A DNA stretch of 22,044 nucleotides, from assembly GCA_046318155.1 (NCBI GenBank), contig JBKCUU010000020.1, positions 1 through 22,044 of the forward strand, given 5' to 3'. Both the position numbers and the translations under genes were made by a program. Of the stretch, positions 1-9,677 are shown in pieces. Position 1 is the stretch's first letter; each line of letters opens with the position of its first letter. The notes beneath the pieces were generated by a model that saw only the letters and a program-made list of their open reading frames with translations, was not told the origin of the DNA and did no database searches. Source of the stretch: Bdellovibrio sp. (lineage in GTDB: Bacteria; Bdellovibrionota; Bdellovibrionia; Bdellovibrionales; Bdellovibrionaceae).

Positions 1-1
1 C

Positions 2-547
2 ATCGGCGGCGGCACGAACGAAGTGGCGGTTATCGCGTTATCAGACATTGTCTACTGCGAAGCGGTTCGCTGCGCCGGTCACCGCTTTGATGAGTGCATC
101 ATCAATTATTTTATAAACAGCAAAGGCCTGATCATTTCTGAGAAGTTGGCCGAAGAACTCAAGATTGAAATGGGAACGGCTGCGCCTAAAAAAGGCATTC
201 GCGTTCGTACCATCACGGGCCGAGACGTCGAATCCGGTCTTCAGCGTGAACTCGAAATGACGTCCGAAGACGTGGGGCTTGCCATGGATGAACCCATCAG
301 TGAAATTATCACGGCCATCCACAAGGCGATCGAAAACACGCCGCCCGAATTGGTCAGCGATTTGATTGAGACGGGCATTGTCCTCGCTGGCGGCGGCGCC
401 TTGATCCGCGATTTGGACATCCGCATTCAAAATGAAGTGCGGCTTCCCGTTCGCGTCGCCGATGACCCGCTCACCGCGATCGCTCGTGGCGGTGAAATGG
501 TTTTGGACGATCCCGAATTGCTCGAAAAAATTCAAATTCAAATGTGA
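2..547 (+). CDS. mreB: MreB-family actin-like rod-shape protein, divergent paralogue; 5' part outside the window
   Basis: Frame is open from nt 2: IGGGTNEVAVI (phosphate-2 motif), AEELKIEMG, GRD..SG, TPPELVSD, GIVLAGGGALI, VADDPLTAIARG. Stop TGA at 545-547. Confidence 0.93.
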   Translation: MGGGTNEVAVIALSDIVYCEAVRCAGHRFDECIINYFINSKGLIISEKLAEELKIEMGTAAPKKGIRVRTITGRDVESGLQRELEMTSEDVGLAMDEPISEIITAIHKAIENTPPELVSDLIETGIVLAGGGALIRDLDIRIQNEVRLPVRVADDPLTAIARGGEMVLDDPELLEKIQIQM

Positions 548-548
548 T

Positions 549-1475
549 CTACGTTTGGTCGTCGAGCACCAGTTGTCTGAACTTTCGTGAGAGCGGGTGC
601 ACCTGATATTTTTGCCCCTCGTATTGACTCACCGGCAAAACATCAAGGGTTGTTCCCACCATAAAGAGCCCCTGCGCCTGCAAGACATCTGTCTCGGTCA
701 AATGGACTTCGCGCTGCACTTTGATTACCTGGTGCTGTTCAGCTAAATCAAAAAATCGACTCATTGTGCACCCCTTTAAAACTTTGTCTAAAGGTGGATG
801 GCACAAAACCCCGTCTTGCCGCAGGACCACAATGTTTTCGGTCGAAGACTCGGCCAAACATCCCTCTTCATCAAAGTTCACCGTAAAGTCCAAGCCTCGC
901 TCTAAGCTCTCGGCTTTCATTAAAACATTGGGCAAATAGTTGAGCGACTTGGTCGTTGCCAACCACGAATTTTTAACCTGAATTTTGCTGCGGCCAATGC
1001 GCACACCGTTCAAGTATTTCTCCTGAGGCGGTGGCTTGAACGGCGTGATCACGAGAAAAAGTTGCGGCCCTAAACTCTCGCGCGGGCTTGGCGAAAACCC
1101 GCCAGGCCCACGCGTGACAAACAACCGCATCAACGTGTCTGCACTCGCAAAGCGTTCAAGCCCTTGCGCAAGGATAGACTCGAACTGATTGAAATCCTCG
1201 GGCATTTGTAGATTGATTTTAGCTGCTGAGCGCAGCATGCGGTCCAAGTGAGCCCGAAGCAAATAGGGCCTTTTGTTAACGGCGCGAAAGGCTTCAAAGA
1301 CACCATCGCCGCGATGAAATCCGTGGTCATCGATGCCCACCAAACCGCCGAGCACGTGATCGGTCCAGCCTCGCAACTGCGAGGAGTAAACAAAGACAGG
1401 ACCTTGGACCCGCGGCCTGTTTTTGAGTCTTTCGATGATTTCACTTTCAGAAAGCCATGCTACGCTAACGCTCAT
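549..1475 (-). CDS. PLP-dependent aminotransferase class IV (D-amino-acid/branched-chain aminotransferase or aminodeoxychorismate lyase family)
   Basis: DHGFHRGDGVFE, HLDR, RLFVTRG, KSLNY (PLP lysine), ESSTENI, LKGCT and GTTLDVLPV are fold-type IV motifs. Confidence 0.9.
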   Translation of the reverse strand: MSVSVAWLSESEIIERLKNRPRVQGPVFVYSSQLRGWTDHVLGGLVGIDDHGFHRGDGVFEAFRAVNKRPYLLRAHLDRMLRSAAKINLQMPEDFNQFESILAQGLERFASADTLMRLFVTRGPGGFSPSPRESLGPQLFLVITPFKPPPQEKYLNGVRIGRSKIQVKNSWLATTKSLNYLPNVLMKAESLERGLDFTVNFDEEGCLAESSTENIVVLRQDGVLCHPPLDKVLKGCTMSRFFDLAEQHQVIKVQREVHLTETDVLQAQGLFMVGTTLDVLPVSQYEGQKYQVHPLSRKFRQLVLDDQT

Positions 1476-1513
1476 AACGACTCATTTCTTGTTCCTCTTA
1501 AAGGATGGTCCCA

Positions 1514-2527
1514 ATGAATTCAGCGGTCTTCAAGTTGATCTTGTTGTCTTTGGTTTTTGCCAACATGTCCTGCGCCCTCACGACACGTAACCGTGAGCGG
1601 CCCATGGCCCCCGAATCCGAAACAGCCGTCGCCACCCCCGCTGAGCCACCAGCCACTCCGACCGCTCCGGCGGAAGTTCCTTTTGCGCAAACCGAAGCCA
1701 GCACCAGTCTCGATGACGGCCCCAGCATCCAGCTTAAAAAAATCAACCCCATCCCCGAAGGAAAAAAACGTGCGATCTTGATTGGCGTAAGTGCGGCGGC
1801 ACCTGACGTCACCGAAGCAAATGTCAGCACTGCGGGTACAAGTACGCCCGCGCCCACGACGGCGGACACTTCCAATGTGGCGACGACGGCGGCCGCCGTT
1901 GAAGCCGCCACAGCTCCCCGCCCCAAAGTGGTCAATGTTGAGCCAACCAAAGCGCTCAAGTGGCTACAAAATGGAAATCGCCGGTACGTAAAAGGTTTTT
2001 TACGCAAAGACGGCCAGTCAAGGGCCGACCGTAAGCGCACGATGAATGGTCAAAAGCCTCACGCCGTTATTTTTGCCAGCAGCGATTCGCGCCTTTCACC
2101 CGAACTCGTGTTTGACCAAAAACTGGGCGAGATTTTTGTCGTCCGCACGCAAGGCTTAGCCCTTGATTCTGCGACATTGGGCTCGATTGAATCTGCCGCC
2201 CAGGATTTGGGTGTTCGCTTGATTATCGTGATGGGTAACACCTCTTCGGAGGTGGTTCGAGCCGCGATGTCGACTGAAGTGGGTTATGATTTTGGTAGCC
2301 CCAGCATGAACCACGTCATAAGTGAAGTTCAAGACCGTTTGCGTGACGTGATTGGCAGCAAACCCAGTTCAGACGATTTTTCGCTCGAGTCGTGGCTGAA
2401 CACCCGCCGTGCCGCAAGTGACCTTGTGAAGCGCTCGGCCATGCTGGAAGCCAGCGCTAAAAATGGCCAGATTGTTATCCGCAGCGCCATGTATCACTTG
2501 GATTCGGGCGTCGTTGAATTTGAGTAA
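1514..2527 (+). CDS. Beta-carbonic-anhydrase-fold protein, probable lipoprotein with Pro/Ala/Thr-rich linker; zinc ligands substituted
   Basis: AAGGA at 1501-1505 precedes ATG 1514 (ORF-track start 1505 is in frame). Signal peptide ends ...FANMS-C. C-terminal domain has ALKWLQNGNRRY, GQKP, SDSR..PELVFD..LGEIFVVR, GSIE and YHLDSGVVEF, typical of beta-CA. Confidence 0.85.
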   Translation: MNSAVFKLILLSLVFANMSCALTTRNRERPMAPESETAVATPAEPPATPTAPAEVPFAQTEASTSLDDGPSIQLKKINPIPEGKKRAILIGVSAAAPDVTEANVSTAGTSTPAPTTADTSNVATTAAAVEAATAPRPKVVNVEPTKALKWLQNGNRRYVKGFLRKDGQSRADRKRTMNGQKPHAVIFASSDSRLSPELVFDQKLGEIFVVRTQGLALDSATLGSIESAAQDLGVRLIIVMGNTSSEVVRAAMSTEVGYDFGSPSMNHVISEVQDRLRDVIGSKPSSDDFSLESWLNTRRAASDLVKRSAMLEASAKNGQIVIRSAMYHLDSGVVEFE

Positions 2528-2576
2528 ATAACTTCCGGTCATTGCTTTTAGCACCGCCTTTTGGGAAATTAGGCAG

Positions 2577-4679
2577 ATGCAAGCACCTCGTCAGATTCTG
2601 CTAACCACTGCTCTTCCTTATGCCAACGGGCCCCTTCACTTGGGCCATATGTTTGAAGGCCTCTACGCCGACTTCTGGGCACGCTTTCAAAAAATGCGGG
2701 GGCACCACGTTCTGTTTATCTGCGCGGATGACACCCACGGCACGCCCATTATGGTCGAAGCGCGCAAACGCGGGATCACGCCGGAGCAACTGATCAACGA
2801 GGCCTGGAAAGATCACGTCAAAGATTTCAAGGCGTTTCAAATCGAGCACACCCATTACTCATCGACAAACTCACCGGCCAACAAAGAACTCTGCGAGTAT
2901 TTTTATTCGCAAATGAAGGCCAAAGGAAACCTCGGCACAAAGTCGATCGACCAGCTTTATTGCGATCACGACAAAATGTTTTTGCCCGATCGCTTTGTTA
3001 AAGGCGACTGCCCCAAATGTTCGTCCAAAGATCAGTACGGCGACTCTTGCGACGTCTGCGGATCGACCTACGCGCCTTCGGATTTAAAGAACTCGTACTG
3101 TGCCGTTTGTGGCACCCCGCCTGTGACCAAACCCTCCGAGCAAATTTTGTTTAAGCTCAACGATTACCGCGAGTACCTACAAGCTTGGCTCCCGCAACAC
3201 ACGGCCATCGAAACTTCGAACAAAATGATGGAGTGGTTTGGCGAAGCGTTGCGTGAGTGGGACATCTCTCGCAACGCACCTTACTTTGGATTTCAAATCC
3301 CCGGCTACCCCGATAAATATTTTTACGTCTGGGTGGATGCTCCGATGGGCTACGTGTCGTCGACTAAAGAGTACTGCGAAAAGAATAACCTTTCGTTCGA
3401 TGACTATTGGAAGTCCGAAAAAAAAACTGAAGTTTACCATTTGATTGGCAAAGACATTGTTTACTTCCATACGCTGTTTTGGCCCGCACTTTTGAAAGCC
3501 GCCGAGTTCCGCTCACCTTCTGCTGTTTGGGTGCACGGGCATGTGATGGTCAATGGTGAAAAGATGAGCAAATCCAAAGGTACATTTTTATCGGCGCGGG
3601 TCTATACCGAGCACTTAGATCCCATGTACTTACGTTATTATTTTGCGAGCAAGTTTTCGAGCGGGGTCGATGACGTCGATTTTAATCTTGAAGATTTCGC
3701 TCAGCGCACGAACTCAGACTTGATCGGGAAGATTACCAACTTGGCCTCGCGCGGAGCGACCATGTTAGGCACCAAGCTCGATGGTGTCATGAGCGAGCCA
3801 GATGCCGAAGGTCTTGAGCTCATCAACCGATCAGCCGCCAGGGGTGACGAGATCGCGGCCTTCTTTGAAAACCGTGAATTTGTTAAAGCCATCAATGACA
3901 TCCGCGCACTGGCTGATGAGGCTAACCGCTACTTTGACGAAAAAGCCCCTTGGAAGACCGTCGAAGCCGATCCAAAGACAACCAAACAAGTCCTGACGAC
4001 GACATTAAATTTGTTTCGCAAGCTGGCGATTTATTTGAAACCCGTTTTGCCTGAGTACACCGCCAAGGTCGAAAAATTGTTTGGCGAAGCTCCCTACACG
4101 TGGGCCGCATCGAAGCAAACTTTGACGAGTAAAGCCGTGAGCAAGTACGAGCATCTCGCGACGCGAATTGATCCCGTTAAAATTAAAGCCATGATGGAAG
4201 CCAACAAACAAGAGCTCACCGAGCGCGCCGCTCGTGAGGCCAAATCAGGATTTGCGACCAAGCCTAAAACTCAAGACTACGGAACACGTGTGACAACACC
4301 TTCAAGTGTGACAAAACCGGCTCCCGCCGGACGAGAGGGTGGCCTCGCGGCTGAAATCGAAATTGATGCCTTTAACAAAATTGATTTGCGCGTTGCCCAG
4401 ATCGTTGACGCTGAAGAGATCATTGATGCCGACAAACTTTTGCGCCTCAAGGTCTCGCTGGGCCCCTTGGGCGAACGCCAAATCATTGCAGGGATCAAAA
4501 GCGCTTATTCAGCCGAGCAACTCAGAGGACGATTGGTCGTCATCGTTGCCAACCTCAAGCCCCGTAAAATGAAATTTGGCATGAGCGAAGGGATGGCCTT
4601 GGCTGCGGGCCAAGGCGGCACTGAATTGTTTTTGCTCTCTCCCGATAGCGGCGCCAAACCTGGGGACCCCGTGAAGTGA
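2577..4679 (+). CDS. metG: Methionyl-tRNA synthetase with C-terminal tRNA-binding domain
   Basis: TALPYANGPLHLGH (HIGH), DDTHG, zinc knuckles CPKC/CDVC/CAVC, WDISR, YVWVDAP, GKDI, KMSKS; C-terminal IDLRVA...ANLKPRKMKFGMSEGM. Confidence 0.98.
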   Translation: MQAPRQILLTTALPYANGPLHLGHMFEGLYADFWARFQKMRGHHVLFICADDTHGTPIMVEARKRGITPEQLINEAWKDHVKDFKAFQIEHTHYSSTNSPANKELCEYFYSQMKAKGNLGTKSIDQLYCDHDKMFLPDRFVKGDCPKCSSKDQYGDSCDVCGSTYAPSDLKNSYCAVCGTPPVTKPSEQILFKLNDYREYLQAWLPQHTAIETSNKMMEWFGEALREWDISRNAPYFGFQIPGYPDKYFYVWVDAPMGYVSSTKEYCEKNNLSFDDYWKSEKKTEVYHLIGKDIVYFHTLFWPALLKAAEFRSPSAVWVHGHVMVNGEKMSKSKGTFLSARVYTEHLDPMYLRYYFASKFSSGVDDVDFNLEDFAQRTNSDLIGKITNLASRGATMLGTKLDGVMSEPDAEGLELINRSAARGDEIAAFFENREFVKAINDIRALADEANRYFDEKAPWKTVEADPKTTKQVLTTTLNLFRKLAIYLKPVLPEYTAKVEKLFGEAPYTWAASKQTLTSKAVSKYEHLATRIDPVKIKAMMEANKQELTERAAREAKSGFATKPKTQDYGTRVTTPSSVTKPAPAGREGGLAAEIEIDAFNKIDLRVAQIVDAEEIIDADKLLRLKVSLGPLGERQIIAGIKSAYSAEQLRGRLVVIVANLKPRKMKFGMSEGMALAAGQGGTELFLLSPDSGAKPGDPVK

Positions 4680-5491
4680 AAAAAGACCTCTCAATTTCTG
4701 ACCAACAGATTTTGAAGCAGCTTTTAGAAAAGGGCCGCCGCATCGAGGCGGAGCTCTCACAGGGGCGTCCCGTGCCCGAAAAATCTTTTTTTGAACTCAC
4801 TGTATTGTTTGGTGAACTTCAGCTATCGAACAATCCAGAGGTCTCGCGCCTATCAGGCAACGCGGATCACCTGTTTCCAGCTATGTCGTTGCGGCATTTT
4901 TTAAATTTCTTGATTCCAGTGGAGCGTCTGCTCGACCGCAGCCTTCGAGACGATGACATTTTAGCTATGACGGAAGATAAACTCTTAATCAGCGTCGGTG
5001 ATCATGCCCAAAAAATTGTTACCAAACGCCCGCTCGTTTTTGTTCTGCACAATTTACGCTCGGCTTTTAACGTGGGCTCATTGTTTCGTTTAGCCGAAAC
5101 GCTCGCGGTGAGCGAGATTCATCTCGCCGGGTATACACCTGGTCCTGACTCCGAAGGAGTTCGCAAAACAGCCATGGGCACGGAGGCACTGGTGGGATCC
5201 AAACATTTCCAGACCATCGACCATTCGCTCGCCGTTCTTCGCGAACAGGGTTATCAACTTGTTGCCCTCGAGACGGCAACAAGCAGTCTGTCACTGTATA
5301 CTTCGCCGTTACCCACTAAAGTCGCTTTTGTTGTTGGCAATGAACGCTTTGGGCTTGATTATCAAGTTCTGGATCATTGCGATGAGGTTCGCCACATCCC
5401 ACTGCTAGGCCAAAAAAACTCGCTCAATGTCTCCAGTGCTTTGTCCGCGGCAGCTTTTGAGTGGCACCGCCAGAACTTGGAGACGACGTGA
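4676..5491 (+). CDS. TrmH/SpoU-family (SPOUT) RNA 2'-O-methyltransferase with an N-terminal extension of about 115 aa
   Basis: VLHNLRSAFNVGSLFR, KTAMG, VVGNERFGL and IPLLGQKNSLNVS match SpoU motifs. GTG start overlaps the metG stop (GTGA). Confidence 0.9.
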   Translation: MKKDLSISDQQILKQLLEKGRRIEAELSQGRPVPEKSFFELTVLFGELQLSNNPEVSRLSGNADHLFPAMSLRHFLNFLIPVERLLDRSLRDDDILAMTEDKLLISVGDHAQKIVTKRPLVFVLHNLRSAFNVGSLFRLAETLAVSEIHLAGYTPGPDSEGVRKTAMGTEALVGSKHFQTIDHSLAVLREQGYQLVALETATSSLSLYTSPLPTKVAFVVGNERFGLDYQVLDHCDEVRHIPLLGQKNSLNVSSALSAAAFEWHRQNLETT

Positions 5492-6288
5492 CTGAATCAA
5501 TGCCAAAAGAAAACCTCGTTCTGAATCCGATCGGCTACTTTTCTTGCGAAAAAAAGTTTCCATACGAGGCCGCCTCTCAAGGTACGATGGATTTGTCCAG
5601 TGACCGCGGACTGATCGAGCTTGAACCCGGCTTCAATTTTGAGCAGGCCGTGCGCGGTCTGGCGCACATGAGTCATTTGTGGGTGCTGTTTTGGTTTCAT
5701 AACAATGAAAATTGGAAGCCTTTGGTGATGGTGCCGCGCGGATCAATCGAAAAGCAAGGGGTGTTTGCCACTCGCAGCCCGCACCGACCGAACCCGGTCG
5801 GTCTTTCGCTCGTTAAAATCGACGAAATTGATCAACGCAAAATCTGGGTGCGCGATTTTGATCTTTTGGATGGCACACCGATTTTGGATTTAAAGCCTTT
5901 TCATCCCGAAGCCGATGTGGCGATCAACCCCAAGTTGGGATGGATAGAAAAGCTCAATGACCAAGAGTATGCGGTTTCAACCACGGCCCAGTTTGATCGC
6001 AAGGCGCAGTTTCTTTACAGCAAAGGTGTGAAGCAATTGGTCTCCTTTTGCGGTCAGCAGCTGCGCTTTGATCCGTTTAACCAAGAAAAGAAACGCGTGA
6101 CCTTTACAAGTGAGAACGATGGTGTCATCGCCTACCGCACGTGGCGCATTCACTTTTACACGGATAAATTTTTAATCCGACTTGAGACCATCCGGTCTGG
6201 CTATTCTGATACGGATTTAAAAGAGCGCGAAGACAAGTGGAATGACAAAGAGATTCACCGCGAGTTTATCGCGCTTTTTGGCCGGTGA
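5488..6288 (+). CDS. trmO: tRNA (t6A37) N6-methyltransferase TrmO (TsaA/YaeB family)
   Basis: PIG, SHLWVLFWFH, WKPLVMVPR, GVFATRSPHRPNPVGLS, DLLDGTPILDLKP. GTG at 5488 overlaps the upstream TGA (alternative ATG at 5500). Confidence 0.92.
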   Translation: MTESMPKENLVLNPIGYFSCEKKFPYEAASQGTMDLSSDRGLIELEPGFNFEQAVRGLAHMSHLWVLFWFHNNENWKPLVMVPRGSIEKQGVFATRSPHRPNPVGLSLVKIDEIDQRKIWVRDFDLLDGTPILDLKPFHPEADVAINPKLGWIEKLNDQEYAVSTTAQFDRKAQFLYSKGVKQLVSFCGQQLRFDPFNQEKKRVTFTSENDGVIAYRTWRIHFYTDKFLIRLETIRSGYSDTDLKEREDKWNDKEIHREFIALFGR

Positions 6289-7520
6289 GCCAAGACAAAC
6301 AAAGTTCTCAAAACTGCGCCCGCTACAAAGATCAGATAGTAACCAAAAACCGTTTCATCATACGACGACAAGAGCTGGCCGCCGATGATGGTTCCGATCA
6401 AAATTGCTGAGGTCTGAAAAAAACTGTTCCAAGTCAGCAGCTGAATTTTATCTCGACCGGGAAGTTCAGAGAACAAGACCAATCCCCAAGCCACTTCAAA
6501 CAAGCCCCAAAAAAATCCCGAAAAGGCCTGAAGAACCACGGCGGTCGAGGTGTTTTGAACAAAAAACCAGAGCGCCGGCAAAGGCGACATCCCTAAAGCG
6601 CCCACAAAAAGGACGCGGCGAACGCCAAATTTATCTATCCAATGTTTGGCCAAAATGAGCGCCAAGATTTTACCAAAGAATAGCGCCATTTGCGCTGCCA
6701 TGAAACTGAGGTAATCAAACTTAAGTTTCACCAGCAAAAACGGCGTGACGAATGAGCTCGAAACAAAAATTGCGCAGTTGAACAGAAACATAAACGTCAG
6801 GTCACGGCGGACCTGAACATTATCATTGAAGACGCGCCATGCCTCTTGCAAAAATGTCACGCCCCGCATGAGAACAAACGGATTCTGCCGTCCTGAGCCC
6901 ATGGCTGCGGCGTTTGTTGTGAGCTGCTCTTGATAGTCAATCGCCATTTGCCTGCCCAGCAAATAGACCGACAAGCACCTCGCCAAGAACGCAATCAAAA
7001 AGGGCATGGCGTAGGCGCGTGGGCCGATCCCCGTTTTTTCCATTGAGTGCAGCATCACGCCCGCGAGCAAAAGTCCCGCGATTGTGCCGTACTGGGTGAT
7101 CTGCCCGCGGTAAGAAAAGAATTTGGGCCGATGTTCAGGCTCGACGATAAATCCCATCCAGTAGTTCCAGACGGCACCGCCCGAGAATGAACAGGCCCAG
7201 TAACAACCAATCAGGACAAAAATGCCCACCGGTCCCGAATTGATCGAAAGCGTCGTCGTCATCAGAGCAAAAAGAATGAGGGCTTGAAGTGTTCCAACAA
7301 GTAGAACCCATCGTTTGGGGCGTGGCCATTTCGAAAAAAAGTAGGGAGTTCCAGTTTGGAGGATCGCGCCCATCATCATCGGAAGACCGATCACGAGACC
7401 CGCGACCACTTCGCCAAGACCTTTTGACAAAGCGTAGGCGGCAAAAAAAGATTCTCCAGCCCCGATCATGAGGCTGGAGAAAAAGGCTTCGAAATAACTA
7501 ATTCGGCGGCTGGTTCTCAC
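6255..7520 (-). CDS. MFS transporter
   Basis: 421 aa, about 12 hydrophobic segments in two halves with a central loop; [10 protein letters not shown] loop motif; [16 protein letters not shown] start overlaps the hppA TGA. Confidence 0.85.
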   Translation of the reverse strand: MRTSRRISYFEAFFSSLMIGAGESFFAAYALSKGLGEVVAGLVIGLPMMMGAILQTGTPYFFSKWPRPKRWVLLVGTLQALILFALMTTTLSINSGPVGIFVLIGCYWACSFSGGAVWNYWMGFIVEPEHRPKFFSYRGQITQYGTIAGLLLAGVMLHSMEKTGIGPRAYAMPFLIAFLARCLSVYLLGRQMAIDYQEQLTTNAAAMGSGRQNPFVLMRGVTFLQEAWRVFNDNVQVRRDLTFMFLFNCAIFVSSSFVTPFLLVKLKFDYLSFMAAQMALFFGKILALILAKHWIDKFGVRRVLFVGALGMSPLPALWFFVQNTSTAVVLQAFSGFFWGLFEVAWGLVLFSELPGRDKIQLLTWNSFFQTSAILIGTIIGGQLLSSYDETVFGYYLIFVAGAVLRTLFVLAHRPKSAINSR

Positions 7521-9583
7521 CCACCGATAGTGGCAATCAACTGCGCAATCAGCAACGAAACAACCGACATGACTTTAATTAAGATCGCGATACCGGGACC
7601 CGAAGTATCCTTAAATGGATCGCCGACGGTGTCACCGATGACAGCAGCTTTATGAACGTCAGATCCTTTTTTGTGTCCGGGGATGCCGCCTTTTTCGATG
7701 AATTTCTTCGCGTTATCCCAAGCGCCGCCAGCATTCGCCATGAACAGCGACATCGTTGCGCCAACAGCCAAAGAACCGGCGAGCATTCCCGCCAGAGTTT
7801 GAGGACCCATGACAAAGCCAACCACAACTGGAGAAACCACGGCGATCATCCCGGGCAAGATCATCTCAGTGAGAGCGGCTTTAGTTGCGATATCCACGAT
7901 TTTAGCTGGCTCTGGTTCTGCTTTTGATTCCATCAAACCCGGAATTTCACGGAACTGACGAGCAATCTCTTGCACGATTTTTTGAGCGGCACGGCCGACG
8001 GCCATCATTGTGGTTGAACCCACCAAGAAAGGCAAAACGGAACCGATCAAGATCCCGATCAAGACGTTGGCAGACGTGAGCTCAAGCGAAATTTTCAAAA
8101 GACCTTTGGCCTCACGGACGTGATTCACTTCCATGTTGAAAGCAGAGAACAAGGCTAAAACGGTCAAGATCGCCGAACCAATTGCAAAACCTTTACCGAT
8201 CGCTGCCGTCGTGTTTCCAACTGCATCGAGTTCGTCGGTGATATCGCGAACGTCTTTACCCAAACCGCTCATTTCAGAAATCCCGCCGGCATTGTCGGCG
8301 ATGGGTCCATATGCATCGACCGTCATGACAACCGCAGTGCCGGCAAGCATACCAACGGCTGACAATGCGATCCCGTACAAACCAAGTGCACGGTCAGCGA
8401 CGTAAGCCGCGATCACAACGATCGCAATTGGAATTGCGGTTGATTCCATTCCGACGGCCAAACCACGGATCAGGCCCGTTGCTGCACCTGTCATATTGGC
8501 TTCAGCCACCTGACGGATGGGCTTCATTGCTGTGTAGTACTCGGTGATCAAACCGATCAACGCACCACCAAAAGCACCCGCTGCCAAGGCAATGGTCACG
8601 CTTTGAGAAACACCCCACATCGGGAGTAAAATCGCCGCAGCACCCGTCAGCAAAATAGGCGGAAAGATCAAAGCGCTACGCAAAACAACCGCGGGAGACA
8701 TGTTTGAAACCACACGAGCTGCAAAAATAACCAAGACCGAAATGATCATTCCAAGTGCTGATAAGAGCAAAGGTAAAGCAACCGCTGTCAAGCGAGTGGT
8801 CTCGGAATCCCCGCCAGTCACCAAACCCGAGAACGCGTCAACATTTACAGTCAATGCAATCGCCATCGCCGAAACGATCGCAGCGACCATCGACTCGTAA
8901 ATATCCGCACCCATGCCAGCCACGTCACCGACGTTGTCACCAACGTTATCGGCGATGACCCCAGGGTTACGAGGATCATCTTCAGGAATCCCTTGCACCA
9001 CTTTACCCGCGATATCAGCGCCGACGTCTGCCGCTTTGGTATAGATACCGCCGCCGATGCGAGCAAACAAAGCAATCGAACTCGCGCCGACAGCGAACGA
9101 GTGAAGAATGGTCGAAATTTCGGGAGACTCACGGAACGCCAAGTACAAACCACCAAGCCCCAAAAGTCCCAAGCCGGCAACCGAGAACCCCATCACGCCG
9201 CCGCCATCAAGAGCAACGAGCAATGATTTCGCGCGTGAACCCGTGAAAGCCGCTTGAGTGGTGCGAACGTTGGCGTAGGTCGCCGCTTTCATTCCGAAGA
9301 ATCCCGCCAGCAAACTGAGGATAGCGCCTAAAAGGAAGCAAAGCGCCGCAGTCAAACCAAGTGCAAAAAACAAGGCCGCGCCAACAACAACCGAGTAGAT
9401 CGCCAAAACTTTATATTCACGTACCAAGAACGCCATCGCGCCTTCGCGGATGTAGCCCGCAATGCGGTTCATCATCTCATTACCCGCAGGCTGAGATTTT
9501 ACGCGCAGGTAAAGTCCAAGGGCCACGATCATACCGATGATACCGGCGAGAATGGGTGTCATTAGAAGCGTTTCTGTCGTCAT
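7517..9583 (-). CDS. hppA: Membrane-bound ion-translocating pyrophosphatase, K+-dependent type, probably Na+-pumping
   Basis: [87 protein letters not shown] lies 7 nt before ATG 9583, preferred over the ORF-track start 9622. Confidence 0.96.
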   Translation of the reverse strand: MTTETLLMTPILAGIIGMIVALGLYLRVKSQPAGNEMMNRIAGYIREGAMAFLVREYKVLAIYSVVVGAALFFALGLTAALCFLLGAILSLLAGFFGMKAATYANVRTTQAAFTGSRAKSLLVALDGGGVMGFSVAGLGLLGLGGLYLAFRESPEISTILHSFAVGASSIALFARIGGGIYTKAADVGADIAGKVVQGIPEDDPRNPGVIADNVGDNVGDVAGMGADIYESMVAAIVSAMAIALTVNVDAFSGLVTGGDSETTRLTAVALPLLLSALGMIISVLVIFAARVVSNMSPAVVLRSALIFPPILLTGAAAILLPMWGVSQSVTIALAAGAFGGALIGLITEYYTAMKPIRQVAEANMTGAATGLIRGLAVGMESTAIPIAIVVIAAYVADRALGLYGIALSAVGMLAGTAVVMTVDAYGPIADNAGGISEMSGLGKDVRDITDELDAVGNTTAAIGKGFAIGSAILTVLALFSAFNMEVNHVREAKGLLKISLELTSANVLIGILIGSVLPFLVGSTTMMAVGRAAQKIVQEIARQFREIPGLMESKAEPEPAKIVDIATKAALTEMILPGMIAVVSPVVVGFVMGPQTLAGMLAGSLAVGATMSLFMANAGGAWDNAKKFIEKGGIPGHKKGSDVHKAAVIGDTVGDPFKDTSGPGIAILIKVMSVVSLLIAQLIATIGG

Positions 9584-9594
9584 GCCTTCACTCC

Positions 9595-9622
9595 AAAATA
9601 GCGCCCACGCAAAAGCGGGCAC
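9595..9622 (-). terminator. Possible intrinsic terminator or leader hairpin between the HD-GYP gene and the hppA RBS
   Basis: Minus strand GTGCCCGC-TTTT-GCGTGGGCGC-TATTTT: GC-rich bulged stem followed by a short U-rich run. Confidence 0.4.
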
Positions 9623-9648
9623 GTTAAAAATTGCTTAGGGAGCTCAAA

Positions 9649-9677
9649 GGCTTACGAAAAAGGGGATGGCCTGTCAA
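9649..9677 (-). promoter_or_regulatory. Possible sigma70-type promoter for hppA
   Basis: Perfect TTGACA (9677-9672), 17-nt spacer, weak -10 TAAGCC. Confidence 0.3.

Noticed and set aside
1498..2040. 180-aa minus-strand ORF and other antisense or alternate-frame ORFs (e.g. 41-541, 9979-10506, 13676-14215, 17359-17793, 20123-20536)
   Set aside because: Shadows of well-supported genes; no motifs or RBS.
4287..4318. Near-repeat GTGTGACAA(C/A)ACC in metG
   Set aside because: An 18-bp-period in-frame duplication within the variable linker; no sign of separate function.
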